Counted from the first letter of the stretch, positions 9,803 through 18,166 are shown. The stretch: DNA of 32,000 nt from Polynucleobacter necessarius (GCF_900095195.1 NZ_LT606950.1:1131946-1163945), one strand, 5' to 3'. Translations and numbers: made by a program. Notes: generated by a model not told the origin, from the sequence alone.

Positions 9803-10446
9803 AGATCCAGTTCTCGTAAGCCAGGCAGGTCAACAGGCTGATGGCTCGTCAATATCACCATACCTCCAACGGCAAGATGTCCCTCAATCAGCCCCTCTAA
9901 CTCAGCAGAGGCATGAACATCCAATGCATTAAAAGGCTCATCCAAAATCCAAAGACGCGCACCACGTATCAACATACGCGCCATTAACACACGCCGTTTC
10001 TGCCCAGCAGATAAACAATGCACCGGCAAATACTCACGGCCACGCAAACCAAAACGTACTAAAGCAGCGATAGTAACCTCAAGAGGAAGTTGCACATCAT
10101 CAATCGCCGCATACATTTGTAAATTCTCTAAAGCCGTTAACTCTTCTTTCAATGCATCGCGATGCCCCAAGAACAACAGCTCGCGATGATATGCCTTGAT
10201 ATCGGAAGAAATGGGTTGCTTACCCCAATGAATAGTGCCAAACTCCGGTTTCGATAGGCCAGACAAAAGACGTAACAGGCTTGTTTTACCAACTCCATTC
10301 TCGCCTCGCACATGCAAGCACTCGCCTGCATTAACCTCGAGATTCAAACCAGAAAATAAAGTGCGCTCGCCTCGCGCACAATTGAGTGCTTGAGCTTCAA
10401 GCTTTTGGCTGATCGGACTAAAGGAGGGAGAAATAGGGCTTGTCAT
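9799..10446 (-). CDS. ccmA: heme ABC exporter ATP-binding protein CcmA
   Basis: 215-aa ORF with Walker A GENGVGKTSLLR, the ABC signature LSAGQKRRV and Walker B LWILDEP. Confidence 0.9.
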   Translation of the reverse strand: MTSPISPSFSPISQKLEAQALNCARGERTLFSGLNLEVNAGECLHVRGENGVGKTSLLRLLSGLSKPEFGTIHWGKQPISSDIKAYHRELLFLGHRDALKEELTALENLQMYAAIDDVQLPLEVTIAALVRFGLRGREYLPVHCLSAGQKRRVLMARMLIRGARLWILDEPFNALDVHASAELEGLIEGHLAVGGMVILTSHQPVDLPGLRELDL

Positions 10447-10580
10447 CGGTGTTTTGGCATGAATCTAACCGCCAAACGCATTGGCCAAGAGCCCCCGAGG
10501 ACTGTCAAACCAACGAAACCGGTTTTTTGAGAATATTCTCTTTAAATTCAATTGCTTACGAAATTATAGACCAGACGCTG

Positions 10581-10612
10581 ACCAAACAAAAAAACCACCC
10601 GAAGGTGGTTTT
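10581..10612 (-). terminator. rho-independent terminator downstream of the WrbA-like remnant and upstream of ccmA
   Basis: The minus strand reads AAAACCACC-TTCG-GGTGGTTTT followed by TTTGTTTGG. This is a perfect GC-containing stem followed by a T tract. Confidence 0.7.
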
Positions 10613-10648
10613 CATGGACTTACTGCCCGCCTGGGAAATCTGACCACA

Positions 10649-11053
10649 CTATTTGAGGTGGTTTGTGATTTCTGCAATACGTTGACCATACAGTCTGGCG
10701 GTCTCAAGGTCTCCGGGATTCACTTCATCCGCACTAGCATCAGATGGTGTTGTCATCATGGCACCCGAAGAGGATCCAACGTAATTCACATCGTCGCGTT
10801 TGGCGGTTTTTGAATTAGACGGCATTAAACCCGTTCCAACCCACAAGCCCGAATGTTGCATAGCCAGGGTGAAGAAATAATGCAAGGTGGAATGTTTATC
10901 GCCATTCATGGTTGCAGAATTAGTCAATCCGCCAAATACCTTATCTTTCCATTGCTGAGTAAACCATTGTTTTGAATTTGCATCAGCAAATTTTTTAAAT
11001 TGCCCACTTACCGTTCCCATATACGTTGGTGAGCCAAACACAAATACCATCAA
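10649..11053 (-). pseudogene. WrbA/flavodoxin-like NAD(P)H:quinone oxidoreductase, N-terminally truncated (~70 aa missing)
   Basis: The 134-aa ORF starts at VFVFGSPTYMGTVSGQFKKFAD...GLWVGTGLMP..., which aligns to residue ~75 onward of E. coli WrbA ([22 protein letters not shown]). The N-terminal strand and phosphate-binding loop are absent. The ORF abuts or overlaps the stop of the upstream MBL gene. Confidence 0.6.
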
Positions 11054-11908
11054 AACTGAACAACTTCCCCCTCGGTCATTGGGATGACCTTGATATTGCT
11101 ACCCTTCATTGCCGCCTGGAATTCTGCCAAAGTACCTTTAGCCATTGGATTTGAGTTGTAGTGCATTGGGATCACCATCCTCGGCTTAATCCAAGTTTTC
11201 AATGCAAATGCCGCATCATCTGGAGCCATTGTGAAGTTGCCACCAATAGGAATTAATACCAAGTCTGGTTTGTAGTGTTCGCTGATAAATTTCATATCAC
11301 TGAACAGGCCGGTGTCACCCATGTGCCAAATCTTGAAACTATTTTCCAACTCAATGATGTAACCCATCGCCTCACCGGCAGGATGAGCTTCCATTTTTTC
11401 TGTCGCAGGGTTTTTCCATACTAACAATGAGGAGTGCTCTGCTTGAACAGCAGTAACCTTGATACCAAGGCAGCGGGTTTACGCGACCTGTTTTGTTAAA
11501 TCGCCAACCCAGATCGGCAGGCAAGATACCTAAAGTTGTTAACGGGGTCACCATGTCTGCAGGGCCATAGAGCTTAATGTTGTTGGACTTGGCAACAGTT
11601 GGTGCATCACCAATATGATCAGCATGTGCATGGGTTACCAAAAGGAGATCAATTGGGCCAATCGTGGTCAAGTCATTTTTGTATTGCGGTGGAGTCTTAG
11701 GGCCACCAGTAATCCAAGGGTCAATCAAAGTCATCTTGCCCTCAGGGGATTTGATCCGAAAGCCATCCTGGCCAAACCACAGAAGCTCTGTTTTTCCTTT
11801 TGCAGTGGCTGCAGCTGTAGATTGCGCTGACACATAAGCGCTTGAGGTTGCTAGAAATGCAAAGGAAAATGCGTAACTAATAGCACTTCTTAAAAATGTA
11901 GATTTCAT
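11050..11908 (-). pseudogene. secreted MBL-fold metal-dependent hydrolase, single frameshift
   Basis: A signal peptide is followed by LLVTHAHADHIGDAP (HxHxDH) in ORF 11372..11908. The continuation GIKVTAVQAEHSSLLVWKNPATEKMEAHPAGEAMGYIIE...WHMGDTGLF...IPMHYN is in another frame (ORF 11050..11427). The shift lies at ~11462-11470. Confidence 0.75.
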
Positions 11909-11949
11909 ATCCCCGTCTCCTGTAATTTATCTATTTAGTTGAAAAACGA

Positions 11950-12360
11950 TTACTTCCAAAATAGCGAAATTTTTTGCGATGAATTCGCTTTTACGCTAAT
12001 GAACCGTTGTTGACTGACGCCTTGATAGCTAGCGTCAATCACATACTTACCCGCATCAAGATTGATGAGCATGTAGGGACCATCTGCCTGAGCGTCAAAT
12101 AAAAGTTGCCTCTTCCCATTCAGAATTTTGATTCTGACACCAAAAATCCAGACGCCTCTACCATTTTCAATTTGAGATAGCTCAAGCAATAAAGGCCATT
12201 GCTTTGCCTCAGCCAGGATCGCAACCGTCTCTTCCTCTCCAACCCCACCAGAGATATACGAGATTCCATTCGAGTGTTGGGTAGACGGAATTTGCGCCCA
12301 AGTAACCGCACCCAGCAAGAGGCAGGCTGCGGCGATTGACCATTTAATAAGTTTTTTCAT
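11950..12360 (-). CDS. hypothetical exported protein (signal peptide; beta-rich, family not recognised)
   Basis: Intact 136-aa ORF with MKKLIKWSIAAACLLLGAVTWAQ as a signal peptide. A terminator hairpin lies upstream. No confident family assignment can be made from sequence alone. Confidence 0.5.
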   Translation of the reverse strand: MKKLIKWSIAAACLLLGAVTWAQIPSTQHSNGISYISGGVGEEETVAILAEAKQWPLLLELSQIENGRGVWIFGVRIKILNGKRQLLFDAQADGPYMLINLDAGKYVIDASYQGVSQQRFISVKANSSQKISLFWK

Positions 12361-12385
12361 TACTTGATTCTACTTGTCATAGTGC

Positions 12386-12414
12386 CGATAAAAAAGCCCC
12401 GCATCGCAGGGCTT
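12386..12414 (-). terminator. rho-independent terminator after the qor pseudogene
   Basis: The minus strand reads AGCCCTGCGATGCGGGGCT followed by TTTTTTAT. It lies 20 nt downstream of the qor stop (12437-12435). Confidence 0.55.
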
Positions 12415-12434
12415 CTGGCAAAGAGCGGGAAGCA

Positions 12435-13447
12435 TTATGGGATCAGCACAATCGCTCCGGAGACTTGTCTAGCCTCTACTGAACGGTGCGCATCAGCGGC
12501 TTGCTCCAAGGGGAACTTTGCTCCGATCTCAATTTACCCGCCCTTTTGCAATCGCCCCAAAGACAGCCTTGACATTCTCTTGCAAAAGAGTATGCGTTGC
12601 ATTGTGCGGGAAAACCGAAGGTCTGGTTAGGAACAAGCAACCCTTCTTATTCAAAATTTCAGGCTGAATCTCTGGAGCTGGCCCTGAAGCCGCACCAAAA
12701 AGCGCAACCGTACCAAACGGAGCAGCGCACTCCAAAGAACCTAAGAAGGTATCTTTTGCTACAGAATCACAGACAACATTTGCTTTTTTCCCGCCAGTCG
12801 CTTTGATAACTTCCTCAACCCAATTGGGTTGCGAATAATCTATGACGGCATCGCAACCAGCAGCCTTCGCTGCGACAACCTTAGCTTAGGAGCCCACGGT
12901 ACCCACCACAAACGCACCAAGCGCTTTTGCTCAGCTGGCCAATATCTGACCCACGCCTCCAGCAGCTGCATGAACCAATACGATATCGCCAGCTTTTACC
13001 TTGTATGTTTTTTGAACTAAATATTGTGCTGTCATCGCTTTGAAGAAAGCGGCTGCCGCTACTTCATCAGAAATATTGCTAGGTACTGGGACAAATTTGT
13101 CTTCAGCAACATTGCGGGCACTTGCATATGCACCAATACCAGCATTCATGTACATGACGCGATCACCAATTTTTAAACCAGTAACACCTTCGCCTAGAGT
13201 ATCAACTACGCCCACAGCCTCATGACCAAGTCCCGTTGAACTCTAAAGGGTAGACCCCAGAGCGTTGGTATATGTCGATGAAATTAAATCCAATTGCCGT
13301 TTGACGAAGCTGAACTTCACCCTTCGCTGGGGGTGGCAACTCTTCATCAACGATTTGGATACTAGAATGGTTGCATTCAATAAATCCGATTAATGGATAG
13401 GCCCTTGAAAGCGTTTTACTCTGATCATTTCGTTCTGCCGCTACCAT
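12435..13447 (-). pseudogene. qor: NADPH:quinone oxidoreductase (zinc-type ADH superfamily, Qor-like), two frameshifts plus two in-frame stops
   Basis: The pieces, in order:
- ...EVQLRQTAIGFNFIDIYQRSGVYPL, ending at a frameshift at ~13225.
- GLGHEAVGVVDTLGEGVTGLKIGDRV...VHAAAGGVGQILAS, ending at TGA 12933-12931.
- AKALGAFVVGTVGS, ending at TAA 12888-12886.
- AKVVAAKAAGCDAVIDY...FGAIAKGRV, ending at a frameshift at ~12530.
- IEIGAKFPLEQAADAHRSVEARQVSGAIVLIP, then the stop.
The 5' end is uncertain; the track ORF start at 13447 is probably over-extended. Confidence 0.8.
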
Positions 13448-14303
13448 CAGGGCATCGCTTTCCTATGGCAAAGTATTCACAACTGCGGGATTTGGTAGGC
13501 AAGCTTCCCAAGGTTGAGTTGCTTGAGGCCCCCCAGCCACGGATACCCAAATCCTGTTTGCTCACGATCCGAGTTATCTGCTGAAAGTCATTGAGGGCAA
13601 ACTCAGTCCTGACGAACAAAAGGAAATTGGCTTTCCATGGAGTGAAAAAATGGTTGAACGGTCAAGACGCTCTGCCGGCGCAACAATCGCTGCTGCTAAA
13701 ACGGCCATGCGAGAAGGTATCTCTGGAGATTTAGCAGGCGGCACGCACCATGCCTATCGCAATATTGGTAGTGGCTTCTGCGTATTTAATGACTCTGCAA
13801 TTGCAGCGCGTAGCTTACAAAAAGAAATTAATGCCAAACTCAAGGTTGTTATTGTCGATCTCGATGTACACCAAGGCAACGGCACCGCGTCGATCCTGCA
13901 GCATGACTCCAGCATTTTTACGCTATCCATTCATGGCGAGAACGACTTTCCCTTTCAGAAAGAACATAGCGATCTCGATTTAGGTCTGGCTGATGGCTGT
14001 GATGACAAAACCTACCTAAAAGCACTAACAAATTCATTGGATCAACTGGAGTCACGTTTTCATCCAGACTTTGTTATTTACTTAGCGGGGGCAGATCCGC
14101 ATGAGGGGGATCGCTTAGGTCGACTAAAAATCACTAAGGAGGGTATGAAATTGCGCGATGAAACAGTATTCCAATATGCGCTCGATCGACAGATCCCAGT
14201 AGCATTCTCCATGGCCGGCGGTTATGGCAAGGAAATGAAATCTACTGTTGAGATTCATTTCCAAACTATTCAGACCACCTTACATTTTCAAGGATGCTAC
14301 TGA
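13393..14303 (+). pseudogene. histone deacetylase-family (HDAC/AcuC-like) protein, one frameshift in a C6 run
   Basis: MDRPLKAFYSDHFVLPLPSGHRFPMAKYSQLRDLV...LLEAP runs up to the C6 run at 13529-13534. The frame then shifts to ATDTQILFAHDPSYLLKVIEGKLSPDEQKEIGFPWSEKMVERSRRSAGATI...LAGGTHHAY...GFCVFND...DLDVHQGNG. Apart from the single indel the gene looks intact, so a sequencing error is a live alternative. Confidence 0.7.
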
Positions 14304-14325
14304 GGGCATGGTAACCTACCAAACC

Positions 14326-14873
14326 CTATCTCTTCTTAGAAGAGCTCTTACCAGACGTTAAATTTCCCACGCTTTCGACGCTTTTCTCAAAGTTCGCAAA
14401 TGAATCTGCCATAGTAGCGCGAACTAATTCAAAATTTTGCAAAGCGTTATTAAACGATGTTTTAAAAATTGAGACGTAGGCTTCGCTACCCACTGGCGCG
14501 TTATCGGTCGCATCGTTTACAAAGTGGATAAATCCGCCTTTGAATCTTGAATCATGACTTCTGCAATATCGGATAACTCTTTATTGCCACTTTTTAATAC
14601 ATCGAGTAATTGCTGGTGATAATGCGCCACCTCTTTTGCGGCATCTTGAAGGACTTCTGCGTGCACATATTCAAATGCTGTCTTAGGGTCCTGAGTTTTC
14701 ATGAGCTCGGAGACACGCTTCTGAATTAGCTCCGCAAAATCTTGAGCAGCTTTTTGATTGATTTGCGCAATGGCTTGAGCACTTCCCATAGCAACTCTAC
14801 CAACCGCCCTGCTCGCATCTACTGCTTTTTGCTGATTATTAGATACAGACTCATTCAATGATTTTTTGCCCAT
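14326..14873 (-). pseudogene. phasin-family (PHA granule-associated) protein, frameshift removes the C-terminal ~60 aa
   Basis: The likely start is ATG 14873 (MGKKSLNES..., preceded by GGAAAGGGG). The frame stops at 14519-14517 after ...DSKADLSTL. The expected continuation (F)VNDATDNAPVGSEAYVSIFKTSFNNALQNFELVRATMADSFANFEKSVESVGNLTSGKSSSKKR is open in another frame down to 14326. The shift is at the A3/T3 run ~14521-14523. Confidence 0.65.
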
Positions 14874-14996
14874 AACAACCCCTTTCCAGATGAGATGTCG
14901 GGCTGGTATTGCCAGCCCCATGACATCAATCTACTCTCGTTATGAGGTGTTGCTATAGAGAAATACCAGTAGAGTCAAAATCATGACTCTACTGAT

Positions 14997-15647
14997 TTAT
15001 TTTGCAGGAGTGGATTTTTTGGGCAAGCTATTGAGAGTGCCCACAGCATTAAGCTGCTGATCCACTAAAAATAGTGCCCCGCCGTAATTTACTTGCAAGT
15101 CGTAGCCCGAGAGGCCAACGGTATAGAAGGTAATGCTGGGGTTAAATGAACGGATGGTTCCATCTGAACCCGCGGAGAAATTGGCTTCAACGTCTAGGCC
15201 GCCCTGCTCGCCATCAATTGAGGCCATCAAAAACTGATCGATTGCAGAGGTCGTTTTAAAGATGATGATTTGATATTGGGTCTGATAGCCTGCTCCTAAG
15301 CCTTCACCCGTTTTTACATCCTGCATAAAAACAGGCTCTTTTCGGCGCTTGTCATACAAAACACCTTCGCCACGTGCCACCCACCAATAAAACAGCATTC
15401 ACATTGGTTGTATTAAAGACTGCGTACCAGCCGCTTTGTCGATTTCTTTTTTAACCTTGGGGGCCTGCTTAATCAATGCATCCAAACCGGTTTTGGCCAT
15501 TTGAATAGTGGCTTCACGTTTTTGCATAATTTCTGCTTGCGTTAAGGGTTTGCCGTCTTTGCCGGTTGACTGACAGCCTGCTAGCACCAGAAGTACGCTG
15601 CCAAGAGCGACCGCAGTGCGAAGAAAAGTCATGAATATGGTGGTCAT
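14997..15647 (-). pseudogene. lipoprotein (lipobox LAGC), possibly SYLF/YSC84-like; paired frameshifts create an in-frame TGA
   Basis: The signal plus lipobox is MTTIFMTFLRTAVALGSVLLVLAGC. ORFs 15399..15647 and 14997..15398 share one frame and are separated by TGA 15401-15399. Between ~15428 and ~15380 the conserved-looking peptide YAVFNTTNVNAVLLVGG is encoded in a different frame. This implies two opposite-sign indels. Confidence 0.6.
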
Positions 15648-15806
15648 AAATGGGTTCTTTAGTGGCTACGTAAATTGTTCATTATGGTTATTTACCGTGA
15701 TTATCCTGATTTCCAGCAGGCTCAGCATAATTATTGATTTTTTAGATTATTTACATCTAAATTATTCATTATACAAATAATTAGATAGTCCCTAGAATGG
15801 AATCCG

Positions 15807-15835
15807 TTGTCAAAACAATATTGAATAAATCAAAT
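15807..15835 (+). promoter_or_regulatory. candidate sigma70 promoter of ahpC
   Basis: TTGTCA (15807-15812), a 17-nt spacer, then TCAAAT (15830-15835). This is followed ~30 nt later by the RBS GAAGGAG and ATG 15868. The match to consensus is weak and was judged by eye. Confidence 0.3.
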
Positions 15836-15867
15836 TCTATTAACCAACTTATTAGCGAAGGAGCACC

Positions 15868-16431
15868 ATGTCCATCATTAACACTACCGTAGCCTCGTTT
15901 AAAACCGAAGCGTTCCATAACGGCAAATTTGTCACTGTTACCGATGAGAGCATCAAGGGTAAATGGTCCGTTTTCATTTTCATGCCAGCAGCATTCACAT
16001 TTAACTGCCCAACCGAAATTGGAGACGCTGCTGATAACTATGCAGAATTCCAAAAGCTTGGCGCTGAAGTCTACATCGTGACAACCGATACACATTTCTC
16101 TCACAAAGTGTGGCACGAAACTTCACCAGCTGTTGGTAAGGCAAGGTTCCCATTGGTTGGCGATCCAACCCACACATTGACCAACGCATTTGGCGTACAT
16201 ATTCCAGAGGCTGGTTTGGCATTGCGTGGCACTTTTGTTATCAACCCAGAGGGCGTCATCAAAACTGCAGAAATTCACTCCAACGAAATCGCTCGTGACG
16301 TATCTGAAACATTGCGCAAACTCAAAGCTGCGCAATATACAGCCGCTCACCCAGGCGAAGTTTGCCCAGCAAAGTGGAAAGAAGGTGCTGCAACCTTAAC
16401 CCCATCTTTGGACCTCGTAGGCAAGATCTAA
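15868..16431 (+). CDS. ahpC: alkyl hydroperoxide reductase subunit C (typical 2-Cys peroxiredoxin)
   Basis: Intact 187-aa ORF with a strong RBS. It has the peroxidatic Cys motif FTFNCPTE, the resolving Cys GEVCPAKWKEG and an LDLVGKI C-terminus as in AhpC. Confidence 0.93.
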   Translation: MSIINTTVASFKTEAFHNGKFVTVTDESIKGKWSVFIFMPAAFTFNCPTEIGDAADNYAEFQKLGAEVYIVTTDTHFSHKVWHETSPAVGKARFPLVGDPTHTLTNAFGVHIPEAGLALRGTFVINPEGVIKTAEIHSNEIARDVSETLRKLKAAQYTAAHPGEVCPAKWKEGAATLTPSLDLVGKI

Positions 16432-16447
16432 TAGATTCTCGCCTTAC

Positions 16448-16478
16448 CCAATCAGACTCTCTTCGGAGAGTCTATTGG
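16448..16478 (+). promoter_or_regulatory. ahpC-ahpF intercistronic stem-loop (attenuator-like; no U tract)
   Basis: CCAAT(C)AGACTCTC-TTCG-GAGAGTCTATTGG forms 13 bp with one bulge and a TTCG tetraloop. It lies 17 nt after the ahpC stop. Confidence 0.45.
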
Positions 16479-16533
16479 AGAAGACTGGATCCTGCCCAAT
16501 AGACTCACAGAAATGAATGAAAAGGAAGTCATC

Positions 16534-18114
16534 ATGTTAGATGCCAATATCAAAGCCCAATTAAAAACCTACTTCGAGAAAATCGTTTCACCTATTACGC
16601 TCACTGCAACATTGGATGAGAGTCCTGCCTCCGCCCAAATGCTCGAACTCTTAAATGAAGTGGCTGAGCGGTCAGACAAGATCACCGTTAAAACGGATGG
16701 AAATGCACAAAACGTACCAAGCTTTACTGTAAGCAAGAACGGCGAAGATTCATGCATTACGTTTGCTGGCTTGCTCATGGGCCATGAGATGACTTCGTTC
16801 ATCTTAGCTATATTGCAAGCGAGCGGATATCCGCCTAGAATGGAACAGGGGATCATTGATCGCATACAAAAAAGTTGGATGGTAAGTTCCATTTTCAGAC
16901 ATTTATTTCTTTGTCTTGCCACAACTGCCCAGACGTTGTTCAAGCATTGAACCTAATGTCTGTCCTTAATCCAAATATTCAACATGAAATGATTGACGGC
17001 GCCCCCCTTCCAGGGCTTGGTTGATCAATATCAGATTATGGCTGTGCCAACCGTCATCCTGAATGGCGAATTTTGGCTCTGGTCGTATGAGTGTCGAGGA
17101 GATTATTGCCAAGTTAGATACTGGCAATACAGAAGAAGCTGCAAAGCTCAATGCCAAAGAGAGTTACGACATGTTGATTATCGGCGGCGGTCCAGCCGGT
17201 TCTGCGGCAGCAATCTATGCCGCTCGCAAAGGAATTCGCACGGGAATAGTGGCCGAGCGATTTGGTGGCCAAGTTATGGATACCTTGGGAATCGAAAACT
17301 TCATCTCTGTATCTCATACTGAATGGCCTAAGCTGGTTCAAGCATTGGAGCAGCACGTCAAAGACTACGAAGTAGACATCATGAATCTACAACGTGCTTA
17401 AGCCCTGCGTAAAACGAATAGCGGTATCGAGGTTGAAATAGCAAATGGCGGGGTATTAAAGAGCAAATCTGTCATCATCAGCACCGGTGCTCGTTGGAGA
17501 GAAATGAATGTTCCTGGTAAGCAAGAGTATCGCAACAAAGGAGAGTTGCCTATTGCCCACACTGCGATGGCCCTTTATTCAAGGGCAAGAGAGTCGCTGT
17601 GATTGGTGGTGGCAATTCTGGAGTAGAAGCTGCAATTGATTTAGCAGGCATTGTGAGTCATGTCACCCTGATCGAATTTGATAGCCATTTACGTGCGGAC
17701 GCGGTGTTGCAATCAAAGTTATTTAGCCTGCCCAATGTCACGGTCATTAAGAGCGCATTAACCAAGGAGGTTTTAGGTGATGGCAGCAAAGTAAATGGCC
17801 TACGTTACGAGGATCGCACCACCAAAGCAGAGCACATAATTGAGCTTGAGGGAATCTTTGTCCAAATTGGCTTATTACCCAATACAGAATGGCTTAAAGA
17901 CACCATCGATCTGTCGCCGCGTGGCGAGATCATTGTGGATGCAAAAGGCGAGACTTCTGTCCCTGGAATATTTGCCGCAGGCAACTGCACCACCGTACCC
18001 TACAAGCAAATTATTATTGCTATGGGCGAGGGTGCAAAAGCCTCACTCGGTGCATTTGATTACCCCATACGTCACTCGGTTCCGGAGGAAGAACCTAGCA
18101 AGATTGCTGCCTAA
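16534..18114 (+). pseudogene. ahpF: alkyl hydroperoxide reductase subunit F, four frameshifts plus one in-frame stop
   Basis: MLDANIKAQLKTYFEK... is colinear with E. coli AhpF. The lesions are:
- frameshift at the A6 run 16868-16873 (before [22 protein letters not shown])
- frameshift at the C6 run 17002-17007 (IDGA/PFQGLV)
- frameshift at the T4 run 17071-17074 (NGEF/GSGRMS)
- in-frame TAA at 17399-17401 (QRA*ALRK)
- indel at ~17541-17546 (before [30 protein letters not shown])
The remaining sequence reads through to 18114. Confidence 0.9.
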
Positions 18115-18166
18115 TAAAACAGGAAAAGCAAACGTTATTGGAGCGCCCTAACGCTGCAATCAAGAA

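Noticed and set aside
10440-10813. Plus-strand ORFs 10440..10643 and 10481..10813 in the ccmA upstream region
   Set aside because: They overlap the terminator hairpin and run antisense to the WrbA-like remnant. Their composition and lack of motifs indicate they are spurious.
13393-13447. Apparent 55-bp overlap of divergent qor and HDAC-family coding regions as a possible functional antisense arrangement
   Set aside because: The first ~20 residues of the qor track ORF (MVAAERNDQSKTLSRAYPL...) do not resemble Qor N-termini and are probably non-coding read-through. Both genes are broken, so no regulatory significance can be argued.
15781-16116. 111-aa minus-strand ORF overlapping the ahpC start (and ORFs 16001..16222, 16123..16350)
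   Set aside because: These are antisense to the strongly supported ahpC CDS. They show no homology-like features and no RBS.
16868-17546. Programmed ribosomal frameshifting or stop read-through as an explanation for the split ahpF and other split genes
   Set aside because: There are too many independent shifts in both directions per gene, plus a TAA stop. No slippery heptamer/stimulator pattern recurs, and the shifts do not fall at conserved positions known for programmed events.
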